Below are positions 46,859-63,897 of a stretch of 64,000 nucleotides of DNA, in pieces (the stretch's first letter is position 1; each line of letters starts with the position of its first letter). The position numbers were made by a program, and so were the translations under genes. This stretch comes from Salpingoeca rosetta (lineage: Eukaryota; Protista; Choanoflagellata): NCBI GenBank assembly GCA_033442325.1, contig JAWQFM010000003.1, positions 1,153,710 through 1,217,709 of the forward strand, written 5' to 3'. Below the pieces are notes generated by a model. It saw only the letters and a program-made list of their open reading frames with translations, made no database searches and had not been told where the DNA came from.

Positions 46859-47200
46859 TTGTCTGTTTGTCTGTCGCTGACGCTCAAGCACCCGCACAAC
46901 CCACAATCCACATCCACATAACATTCCACCTCTCCCGCTCTTCCCGCCTTCACCGCCGCCAAATGCAGGGTGGAAGTGAACCGATATGGAGTGATTTCAG
47001 CGTCGTATCTTCCTGTGCGCACCGTCCACTTCCCGCAGCGCCAATCACGGCCGCTCTTCCAACCGCGGCCAGCGCTGCCAAAGGGACATGCTGCTGGTGG
47101 TGGTGGTGGTGGTGATTGGACGTATCAGCCCAGCGGCATTGAGGCTTCGTTTGTGCATGTGTGCGCCCCGGGTGATCCCCACTGCTTGCAGTGCCAATAA
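44062..47200 (+). CDS. Secreted or membrane-anchored CapA/PgsA (PGA_cap) family metallophosphoesterase, multi-exon
   Basis: N-terminal hydrophobic signal/anchor, then ordered CapA motifs [75 protein letters not shown]. Stop TAA 47198-47200. The exon 2/3 junction is uncertain. Confidence 0.88.
46146..46213. repeat. (GAT)n microsatellite in an intron of the CapA-like gene
   Basis: GAT run between the donor at about 46105 and the acceptor at 46308. Confidence 0.9.
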
Positions 47201-47696
47201 TGCTGCTGCCTTGGTGTCGACTTTCCGATAGAGCATTGTACGCGGTGGCAATTCGCCCAGCCACACACCTCTGGTGTTGTCATTCGCTCTTTGCGTGCTT
47301 CTTGTCGCTCGCCTTCATGACTTTATCGTATGTCGTTGGATTCAAACCGACGCCACCTGATCGGCAACCCTGTCTGCATAACTAATTGCCTGTAACCGAA
47401 CACTGTGACTTGCACACCATGCAAGCACTTGCGTCATACTCGTCATCGTAACCGACATTGCCAAGAACATGGTCATAACACGACAAGAAAGAAAGGAAGA
47501 CACACAAGGTACAAAGAAAAAGAAGCACACACACGCACAGAAAGAAGAGAGAGACAGTGGCCTATCCGAACCTGCAAACGCAACGGAGCTTGCGTACTAG
47601 CCAAGACACGAACCGATGTGCGTCGTTGCGTTCACGGCGAGGAACATGGTCAAAATAATGCAGTTACGACTCACACAATCTGCCCCAAACGCACAC

Positions 47697-47832
47697 ACTC
47701 ACTCATTCACACTCACTCATTCATTCACTCACTCACTCACTCATTCATTCACTCACTCACTCACTCACTCACTCACTCACTCACTCACTCACTCACTCAC
47801 TCACTCACTCACTCACTCACTCACTCACTCAC
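47697..47832. repeat. (ACTC)n tetranucleotide repeat immediately downstream of the GPCR-PIPK stop codon
   Basis: actc/attc units. Confidence 0.9.
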
Positions 47833-47845
47833 TTACTTGCATGGA

Positions 47846-48833
47846 TCAGACAAAGTGCTGCAAGACGCGAGAGTAAAACCTCTCACAGTACAAGTCCACG
47901 TCAACACAGGAGAGGGTGGTGGGGTCAACCCCCATGAGTTTGGTCTTGGCAAAGTGCTCCAACCTCTTCTTCCGGTCGTACCTCTGCAAAATGTCAATAA
48001 TCCCAAAGTAGACAATGCACTCGCGCTGCATGAACACGGCAGACACGCCGTCAAGGATGGTCGCCGGGCCCTTGCCCTTTCCCTTCACCCTGCGTCGTGT
48101 ACGCCGCGAGCCACCGCCACCGCTGCTGCTGCTGCTCTCAAGCGGTGGCGGCATCACGGTTGTTGGTCGCCGAAAGTGCACGCCGACAAGCAGGGAGAAG
48201 TCGATGATGCCTTGCTCGTGCAGGAACGCAACGTCCGCCGCCAACCGCGTGGACAGCGAGCTCCGTGCCTTCCGCCCAACCGCAATCACCCCGTGTGACA
48301 TCAGATCAAGGTCCTTGAAGTGCCGCGTGCCAGCGCTCGCCCGACTGACACCGCGCTTTCCGCTGTGTCGGTGTTCGTGCTGCTCATGACGTGGCGAATG
48401 TTGGCCTCGCTTGTGCTCGCGTTTTGAATTGAGGAGAGCGGCGCCGCAGCCCTGCGGTGGGTTCACAGCACTGCGATTGTACTGTGACCCTTTGAGGTCG
48501 TACATGCGGTGGACACGTGCGGAGTAGCGCGCGGTGTTGACAATGTGCTGCTGAACAACAAACGTGATGTAGCGCTGTTCCTTCGTCAGCCGGACAGCGT
48601 GGAGGCCGCAGAAGCGAACAAGGAGTGACGTCGGGTTGTTGCGCATGTGCGTCAGGTACGCGGGGAGAAGCTCACGCAGCAACGCGCACTCTTTCTTGTC
48701 GATTGTCTTGACAACATACTGCTTGTCGTGTGTGAGATAGAGGAAGGAGCCACTGCGTCCGGAGGAAAAGCCCTCGGTCATCTTCTGTATCTCCTGCCGC
48801 ATCTGGTCGCCCCAAATCGACGCAGCGTACTCT

Positions 48834-48907
<74 letters not shown>

Positions 48908-51786
48908 CGTGTGTGTGTGTGTGTGTGTGTGAGTTTGCATGTCAGGAGACGACCGCCTCTGCAACTGAAAACAAGAAGTGTTACAATTCAACGTTTCCAT
49001 ACGCACACAAGTACCAACGTGCATTGCAGTGCACGCAAATACACAGTCGCACACGCATGTTTTCACCACACCACACATCTGTTTCACACCAGTACACATG
49101 TGCCCACTTTCACACACACACACACATATTCACGCACCTCTGGCGCTGATGCCGAAGAGGGAGCGGAGACGGGCGAAAATGTCCTGGTGGTAATCGATAA
49201 ACTCAATCTCGCGGTTGAACACGGGCGGCAGCGTCACTGTTTGCCGCAGCTGCGGTGGCGGGTTGGTGCGCGTGCTGTTGAGTGTGGAGACGATGCCAAA
49301 GAGCGTGCACAGCATCACATCATCTCGCATCGCCCGCATGGCTGCCGCGTGCGTGTCGTCGTCGTCCATCAACTCAACTCTGCGACCAACAGCGCGGCAC
49401 GTCTCGCTGCTCAGCTGCTGCGCGCGAAGATGGCTCTGCCGGCCCACCAGTGCCGTGTCACTTTCAAGGCTCACAAGCGAAGCCGTTGTCCCGATCGTAT
49501 CTGAGCGCGCGCGCCCCTGTGACAGCCAGACGGGGCTGCCTTGCCGGTGAAGGCGCGCTGACTGTGCGCTGCGTCGGCCACTGACATCCCTGCCGTCACG
49601 TCTGCTGTGGCCGCTGCGCTGACCGCTGTTGTTGCCTTTGCCGCTGCTGCTGTGGATACCACTGCGTTGCTCATTACCAGTGCGTGCGCCCCACGACATC
49701 GTGCTGCCGTCTCCTCCTTCGCCATCACCGCCATGCTCAGCATCAGGACAGGCGGGATGCAGCGGGCTTGAGCCACGCCTGACAGCACCGTGGCTTCCTT
49801 GACGCTGTACAGCATGCGGCGTGCAAACACCGCCAGGCGTGCTTTGTGTTGACGCTGGGCCACTCGCCGCCGCAAAGAAGGAAGGGAGGTCACCGTGTGC
49901 ATGGAGCGACGGTGGGGGTGAACCTGGCAGCGGGGGGGGGGGGGTCGCAGGAAGATTGAACACACGTGCGGGGAGGAGGAGGTACGGGGGAGGTGGAGTG
50001 ACAATGTGAGGGTTCAAGTCACAAGAGCAGCGCAGATGAGCACAACTGGGTGTAACACGCAAGGCAAATTTTCAACACAAACACACACACACATACACAC
50101 ACACACACATGTACCGATGAGTCGAAGGAGGTGGGCGTCATCGCCTGTGATTGCGCTGCCCGCCAATGGTGCAGCCAAGGCGACCATGCTGTTGTGTAAT
50201 GATCCATCCATCCGCCCAAGATGAGGCAGCAGGTCCTCCTTGCTGCCCGACGCGCTTCGCCCTTCGTCGTCGTCGTCATTATCGTCGTCGTCGTTGTCGT
50301 TGTCGTCGTGGTCCGTATTGTCATTGCTGCTGCTACTGCTGCTGTTGCTGCTGCTCTCACGCTCTGCCAGCAGGGGCACCTTGTCTGTGACAGTGAGCAT
50401 CTTGATTGCGCGGTTGTGCAAGTGGCGAGCCCAGCGCACGGTTAATACAGCGGCCAGCACGTTGGCCACCCCGATCACGGCCAGATATGAGGCGTCCGCA
50501 TCGGCGTAGCGCATCACCACGCGCACAGATGCCTGCGAGGGCGGGTGGAGAAGCAGCACAACGCCAATGGCGAGCTTGCAGGTGGCGAGGGTGCCAAAGA
50601 TGATGGCGTATGCAACGCCGCGAACGAGAATGGAACGGCGAGCGCAGAGGCCGAGGGATGCGTTGGTGTCCAAGCTGCCCACGGCACCAACAATGAGGAC
50701 GAGGATGATGATGGAGGCAAGCAGGGCAATGCTGTGGGAGAGTGGAAACTGCCGCATGAACAGGGATAGCTCGCTGGGCGCCTCCTTGTCAATGTCGTCG
50801 AACCAGCAGTAGGAGGACATGCCTTCCTCCGTCGCACCGAGCACGTTGAGCGTGAGCAAGATGAGGCCAGTCACGCTCCACACGGTCAGGTGATACCACC
50901 ACATGCTGCCCGTGCTGTTGGCAAAGGGGTCGCGTGCGGCGAGCCACAGGTCCACGCTGAGGAGAAGAAACCAAAGCGAGGACGCGTGTGATGCCACCTC
51001 GTGCACAACCGCGTACGCGTGGCACACGGACGAGTTGTATCCGCTGACGTGCTGTGGTCCAACGATGAGCACGTATGCGCTGATCCACAAGGTGTTGGCC
51101 ACAAGGAGCAAGTCTGTTGCCACCTTCCACTTGAGCACGGGCGGTGCTCTCCGCCACTGCATTCGCCAGCGCCCGCGCTTCCTTGGCGAGTCGCACGCAG
51201 GGTCAGCGGTGTGGCCGTTCCTGAGCACCCACGGCTGCGGTGGCTGGCCGTGCCCGCTGCTGGATCCAAGAAGGGGTGCGGTTTGGCTGCTGTCGTCACC
51301 GAGGTCACCCGCCTCCTCCGCAAGTCCCCCATCCGCCGCATCCTGCGCCAAGACACGCAGCTCCTCTGAGGTTGGATGCGAGGGGATGGCCAGACCACGC
51401 AGGCTGCTGAGGCCCGGGGCAAGATCTGTTGTGGATCCGAAAGACAAGGAGCTGCCCGGCCGGGGCCTGCGATGTCTGTGTTCGCGGTGATCGTATGCGT
51501 GATCGTGGTGGATGCTCGCTGCCATAGACGAGCGGTGGCTGTGTTGTAGCCGTGAAGCATTGTGTTTGCGTCGCCGCTCAGCGTGGCCTTCAACGCCACC
51601 ACCACTGCCGCCGGCAGGGTCATCGTCCACGCTTCGTGCGCACGTGCAGGACAACACAATGAGGGCGACCCCGCACAATGCGCAACTCAGGGCGCTGCAC
51701 ACCAGCGCAACCAGGCTCACGTGCTCGGCTTGGCTCGGCGTCAGCGGGCTGGTGCTGTTCAAGTACACGCCATTATGCTCGCTCAT
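47846..51786 (-). CDS. GPCR-PIPK fusion: 7TM receptor with a C-terminal phosphatidylinositol phosphate kinase domain, 3 exons (51786-50115, 49923-49138, 48831-47846)
   Basis: Exon 1 has seven hydrophobic segments with cAMP-receptor/secretin-like features (C before TM3, ASSLWFLLLSVDLW...DPF, YHLTVW, YCW in ECL2). Linker motif MR-x9-GI at 49292-49330. PIPK motifs IDYHQDIFARLRSLFGI, FSSGRSGSFLYLTHDKQYVVKT, SLLVRFCGLH, YDLKGS, FKDLD, DFSLLVG, YFGIIDILQRY, KKRLEHFAK. Both introns are GT-AG and frame-consistent. Confidence 0.9.
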
Positions 51787-51984
51787 ATCCTTTTGTGTCT
51801 TGTTCTCATGAGGAGGCAGCGTGTGGAAGGGGGTTGGTGTTGTTGTCGTGGGGGTTGTGCGTGGGGGTTGTCTGGTGGGAATGTGTGTTGTTGTGGTGTG
51901 TTTGCGAACCAACGAACTGTGTGTTCGCGGACACGAAAACTGAATTCAGCATGTCGCGTGTGTGTGTGTGTGTGTGTGTGAGAT

Positions 51985-52058
<74 letters not shown>

Positions 52059-52141
52059 CGTATGTGTGTCTGTCTACGTGCTTGTGTGTGCGTGTGAGTG
52101 TGTGAGTGTGTGTGTGAGTGTGTGTGTGTGTGTGTGTTTGG

Positions 52142-52179
<38 letters not shown>

Positions 52180-52357
52180 GTTCACCCTTCAGTTCTTCTC
52201 CCACACCGTCACGTGTCACATCATCACCCCCACACAGACCCACTTACACACTCGCGCACGCAATGCCTGAATGACGTTTACTTCCATCACTTCCCACACA
52301 CACGCACACACACCCGCGCGCATACACACACCCGCGCGCATACACACATGCACACAA

Positions 52358-58057
<5,700 letters not shown>

Positions 58058-58549
58058 GATCCTGGCTGGAGGCGGTGGTTGTCGTTGTTGGTGCGAAGAA
58101 AAGCGAGCAGCGGTCGGCGGCGGGAATTTTGGAAGCGACAGCAAGAAATGCGTTTCTGCGATTGTGTGGTGGTTGTGGTGTTGTGCTCCTCCTCAACACC
58201 TCCCTGTCTTGTCTTGCCTCGTGTCACATCATCGTGACACTCTTTGTTCACCCACCCACACTCACGCGTGTTTATTGCCACCGCGATAACAGTACAGTTG
58301 CAGGTAATGACATGGCAGAGGAGCAGTCTTTATTAGATGTGGATGCATGTAATGATGTGTAAATAAACCCCACATACGCATACAACAGCAACGGCAACGG
58401 CAACAGCAACGCGTTCTTGCGATCGCACACACATTCGTAACAAGCACAGGTTCAAGCTAACCAACACAACAAAAGCAAGGAAAAAACAAAGGGAGAGGGG
58501 GAACAGGGGGGAGGGAATCGAGTATCTACGCTATGTGTATGCGCCGCAA

Positions 58550-60453
58550 CTATTGCGCGGGAACCTCAAACGTGAACACGCGGCTGTCTTCAGGAAGGAG
58601 GCCGTTTGGATCTGCAAGCACATGCACCTGAAGCATCGGCCTTCCGTCCGCGCCGATCATTTCCCGCACTTGAACAGGAATCGCTGCAATGGATGGTCAT
58701 GATTGTGTGAATGAATGAGGAGGGCGAAACTGTGTTGTGGCTGACGCAAAAACAAAAACGCTCGCAACACACACACACACACGCACGCACATACACGCAT
58801 ACAAACAAACAAACATACATACATACATACATACATACATACATACATACATACATACACGCATACAAACAAACAAACATACATACATACATACATACAT
58901 ACATACATACATACATACATACATACATACATACACGCATGCAAACAAACAAACATACATACATACATACATACATACATACATACATACATACATACAT
59001 ACATACATACATACATACATACATACATACACACATACATACATACATACATACATACACACATACATACATACATACATACATACATACACGCGCACGC
59101 TTGCATTCGCACCGCAAGCACACCAGCACCTCGCACTTACGTGAAAATGGGACTGGAGCTGTCGTGGCGCACGTTGACGCGGGCGATGACAAAAGCTGGT
59201 GGTCGCTGTATTGCGCCGTGAGAGCAGCGGGTGTCGCAGGTGTGGCAAGTGTCTGAGAGGACCCTGTTGTGACGGCAGCATGGGAAGTAGCCGCGTCATC
59301 ACCACCATCGCGGTCATCATCGGGAAAGGCGGGGCTGGATGCGGGCTGCAGCATGTCGTCGCCGTCAAAGTCCTCCGAACGCAGTGCACTGCCACGTGCA
59401 TCAAAGCCACCCTTTGTCGTCGCCACCAGCGCCGACACCTTACCGGCCGGGCTGGCCATGTGGCTGGTGTGCTGTGGGCCCATGCACGCGGCGGGTGCTG
59501 TTGCTGCCGTTGCTGCTGTTGCCGTCAAACTTGATGCCGTGGACGCCGATGAGCGTTGTGAAATGTCAGGTTCGCTCATGCACACCGAAGCCGCGTCATC
59601 GTCATCATCATCATGCATGCCGTCATCACCACTGGCACACGCGCCATCATCTTCCCTTTCGCTAAGTTCACTGGAGCCGCAAGAGCTTGACTGCTGCTGC
59701 TGCTGCTGCTGGTTGAAGTGATGGCGATGAGGCACTTCGACGGCAGGCGAGGGTGGGGATTGGTGTCGTTTCTGCTGCTCCTGCTCCTCTTCCTCCTGCG
59801 CCGCCTCCTCATCGTCTCGCTGCTGCTGCTGCTGCTGTTGTTGTGTAACAGGTGGTGGAGACGATGCAGGCTGCTCATCGTGTGCCACCGGCTCGGCTTT
59901 GACGGCTTCGGGCTTGCATGGCGACTGCAGCGCGTGTGCCATGACAGACACAAACAGGCGTTGGTACAGCTGCTGTGTGGAGGCGTGCAGTGCCCCCTTT
60001 GCCTCCTCCGCCGAACGACAGCTGGCAACGAGCAGCGCCGCCTCTTCGCCCTCATCTTGCATCCACGCCTTCATCTCCGCTGCTGGCGGTCGTGGCAGTG
60101 GGTCGCAGTCAAGGTTCTCAACATCCACAAACGGCATGGACAGCTTGGCACCGCACGTGCCGGTCTCTGTGCCGTTGCTGTTGCTGCTTGGTTCAGAGCG
60201 CGCGTTGTACGTGTCAAGGCCAGGGATGTTGCGCAAGCGGCCCGTCCACACAAAGGACGGCTTCCGGTGTCCGCTCGCAGTGCGGGGGCGGTCAAACACC
60301 TATCAACGCGTACATGGGAGCAGGGTGTATAGAGCGGGGTGGCGGGGTGAGTCGGTGTGTGAGTATGAGCGCATGAGAGAGAGAGTGTGTGTGTGTGTGT
60401 GTGTATTGCGCGTGTCTGCGTGGACGTCTGGGTGAGTCGATGCGTGAGGGCAT

Positions 60454-60501
<48 letters not shown>

Positions 60502-62995
60502 ATTGCGCGTGTCTGCGTGATGTGCGTGTGTTGCGCGTGTATTGTGCATGAGCACGTGTCCGTGCGTGCACGAATGAATACGCACGCAGTGTGATGTCAC
60601 ATCGACAGAGGAAGAAAGAACACGCCCCACTGCCGTCATACCTTGTTCACCAGCCCAATGGTGCAGAGAAAGTTTGCAATGTCGTACAGACGCTTCAGCC
60701 GGGCTGTCGAAAGAAGTAAAGCAATCGTCAGGCAAACGCATGAAAACAAACCGTGTCAAGAATAGGCTTTGAGCTTGGCTGTTGTGTGTATGTGTGTGTG
60801 TGTGTGTGCTTTGGCGGTTTGAGGGGCAGGTGGCAAGTCGTTTGTGTGAAGGACTTACTCTGATATCTGGACGCGCCTGGATCCCCCTCTTCCCCGAGCA
60901 GGTCTGCAACATCCTCCAGTCGATCGACACGCTGCAGACACCAGATTCCAACGCAACATAAGCACCACCTCGAGGCGCATGAAACTAGCACAAGCACAAG
61001 GGCAGGCACAGGCACACGCTCGAGCAGCTCAAACACACACACACGCACATATACATGCAAACACAGGGCTCTGGCGAGGCGAGCAGTTTCACACAAGCTA
61101 ACCGTGTCCTTGATGAGGGAGGCCACAAACAGAATGGTGAGCCTGGCCAGGACGTTTGACCGGTTCGTTTGGCTCTGTGATATGAAAGAAACAAAGAAAG
61201 CAGGATGATTACAAGAAGACGTGAGTGCACAGGAGGATAACAGCAGCAGTAGTGGTCGGATCAGCAGAAGCAACGCGTGCGGCGCAGGCCACCGAGCATC
61301 ACTCACACACCAGGAAGGAGGGGTCGCTGATTGCGGCAGCTGGGTCCTTGCCAATGGTTGCCAGCGTGGCATGGAAGTTCTGAATACCAAGCCAAACAAG
61401 CTTGTTGCGGCCACCGCGGCGTGCAAAGTTCAGTGCCTCCAACAAGTTGATAATCTCATAAAGCCGGCGGCGCTTCACCTCTGCGTTGCGTTGGTGGGTG
61501 TTGGTAGTGGGCGGGTGCAGAAGCAGGGGTGAACAAACACGAATGCGTGCACTTTGTAGCTTAGGTGTGTATGGGAGGTAGGGCAAGTGGCGGTGGCCAT
61601 GGTGGTGTGCGTGGTGGTGGTGGTGGTGGTGTGCGTGGTGTTGGTGGTGTTGGTGTGGGTCGTGATGGCCAAGGTATTGGTGTGGGTCGTGGTGGAAGAC
61701 TTGCTTCGACACAGACAGTAACACTCATCCACTGCCATGTGCCACACAGTCCCACGACCACAACAAACATGCAGACGAAGAGAGACAACACAGGGACGTA
61801 CGAAGTAGCTCGGAGAGAATGCTGAGAGGCAGCACAAACGGAGGGTTGAGTCGAAGCAACACCCCCAGCACCCTACATACATGACGGCGGTGGCACGGAC
61901 AAGTTGATGACATTGTGTGAGGTGCTGCCGACCAACGACACCATGGAGCATGCAAGACAGGACACAGAGAACAACTGATGACATAAACTCCCATGGACAC
62001 AGCTGCACACAGCACACAACAAGCACAGTACCGCAGGGTGGCCAGTCCAAGGGACTTGTCGTGTCGACCGCCCTCCTTGTCTGAGTTGGCTTTTGCGGAA
62101 CCGGACGAGCTGGCGCGCCGAGCCATCTTGGGCTTCTTCCTCGGTGCGTCACTGCTGCGGGCAGAAACATTGGCAGTCTTGTTGGGCGGCTGTCGGTGTT
62201 GCTCCCCACTGCGCCTCTTTGAGGACCTTTTCTTGGAGGGATTGCTTGAGCGAGAAGGCGCTGAAGCCTCGGGTTCCTCATCGTCCATCTCGTCAATCAG
62301 CCGCCGTTTGACCTGTTGATGTGTTTGTACGTGTGCATGTGTGCATATGTGTGCGCGTGTGTATGTGAGTGTGCATGTATGAGTGCGTGTATGTGTGCGT
62401 GCATATGTGTGCGTGTGCTCATGTCAATGTTGCTGTCAAACCGCATGCAGCCCATATCTGGTGGAGGCAGGTCACAGATATACATGTGAAAATCGTCACA
62501 CACTACAAGCAAAAGCACACGTAAACACACACACACACATGTATCGACAACCTCTGCTCACACATACACACACACCGGCTTTGCTGATGATGATGATGTC
62601 GCTGCTGTTTGTCGAGAAGAGAATTTTCCCTTGCGATGGGGGCTGCAGAGCTGACTCAAGAGCAGCAGCCCCTCTGGCTGAAAGGCATTGACGTGTTGCT
62701 GTTGAGCGGACGGCGTCGTGGAGGTGCTGCCTCCTGCTGCTGGGTTGTGAGCTTGCTGATGTGGCTGCTGCTGTGGAACAAGGGTCGGAGTGGCGTCGCT
62801 GAGAAGGTGGTTCAGCTGGTATGGGAGCAGTTGGGGAGACGAAAAGTGGAGGGAGGTGTACGGCGTGGCCCCAATGCGAACAGCGAGAGACGGGTCTGCC
62901 GCTGGAGAAGGGGATGCCGTCATCAGTGTGGCTTGCGCGACGCTGCTGTTGATGCTGTTGTTGCTCTGACGAGCGTGTGGAGATGCTGTCTCCAT
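58550..62995 (-). CDS. Atypical E2F transcription factor (E2F7/E2F8/DEL type, two DNA-binding domains), multi-exon
   Basis: DBD1 RHDKSLGL...VKRRRLYEIINLLEAL...RNKLVWLG. DBD2 ...RLKRLYDIANFLCTIGLVNK...RKPSFVWTG. No DP-dimerisation or Rb-binding region recognised. Last exon ...FEVPAQ* has its stop at 58550-58552. Start ATG 62995 is probable. Confidence 0.88.
58801..59090. repeat. (ACAT)n tetranucleotide repeat in the last intron of the atypical E2F
   Basis: Long acat runs with acaa interruptions. Confidence 0.93.
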
Positions 62996-63416
62996 AATGT
63001 GCTTGGTGCCGGTCGCTCGACAAAGGAGTGCAAGCACGCGGCGAGGGGTCGGGTAGTGGTAGAAGTCGTAGTAGTACAAGTCTCACAGAAGGTTTGTGAT
63101 GGGAAGGGAGGAAGGTGGTGGGGTTATCGATGCTGCAACAAAGAAGGAGGCGTTGGTCGAGAGGTTGTTGTTGTTGGTGGAAGGGAAGGGCGGCTGATCG
63201 GAATGGCAAACGGCTCGCACAATCAGGAACAAACAACACTCCCCGCCAGATGCTTGATGGTGAAATGATGAGGAGGAATGGAAGTTCTCGCGCGCGCACT
63301 CTCTGTCTTTGACCGGTGTCAGCTTGCTTGCTTGCTTGCTTGTTCTCTTGCCGCAAAGCATGGATCAACGGTCAAAAGGGTGCCAGCGGAAGAAGGTGTG
63401 GCGGTGCGGTGTGTGT

Positions 63417-63479
63417 GGCGCGGGAAGAGAGAGAAGATGCGGCGTGTCAGTGGCGCCAAACAAGTCCGCTGTTTGGCGG
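63417..63479. promoter_or_regulatory. Cluster of E2F-consensus sites between the divergent atypical-E2F and SLBP genes
   Basis: GGCGCGGGAA at 63417-63426; GCGCCAAA at 63453-63460 (TTTGGCGC on -); TTTGGCGG at 63472-63479. The last two form a 9-bp inverted repeat, CGCCAAACA-N7-TGTTTGGCG. Confidence 0.55.
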
Positions 63480-63686
63480 GGTTTTGGGTTTTGCGCGGTT
63501 GCTGCCCCTGCTGAGTCAGCAGAAATCCAGCAAGAAAAACGGACAGCTGGCTGGAGAGACAGGATTACGAGCAGGCGAACGCTGTGGAGGGTGTTCATTC
63601 TCCACAGCAACGCGCCACGCACATCACAGCACTCACAAGCGCAGGCAGACGCTGCTGACGCACTGCCATCCACACCACACGACATC

Positions 63687-63811
63687 ATGGAGGAGGGAAA
63701 GGACAGGATGGATGATGCACAGTTCCGACAGCGATTGCGCAAGCGGCGACACCAAATCAAGCTTGGCAAGGCCACGGAGGAATACAAGGCATACCTCGCC
63801 CACGTTCCGAG
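63687..63811 (+). CDS. SLBP: Histone RNA stem-loop binding protein, first RNA-binding-domain exon (3'-partial; gene continues beyond the window)
   Basis: MEEGKDRMDDAQFRQRLRKRRHQIKLGKATEEYKAYLAHVPR matches the SLBP RNA-binding domain pattern L.RRQKQI.YGK.T..Y..Y...VP, followed by a GT donor at 63812. The frame is also open from an upstream ATG at 63360, so the start is uncertain. Confidence 0.75.
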
Positions 63812-63838
63812 GTGTGTGCGTGCGTGTGTGATTGTGTG

Positions 63839-63897
<59 letters not shown>

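Noticed and set aside
58590-58690. ORF-track C-terminus of the E2F gene (...RSKRPPS*, stop at 58590)
   Set aside because: It arises by reading through the (ACAT)n intron. The spliced phase-1 junction gives PIPVQVREM...FEVPAQ* with the stop at 58550.
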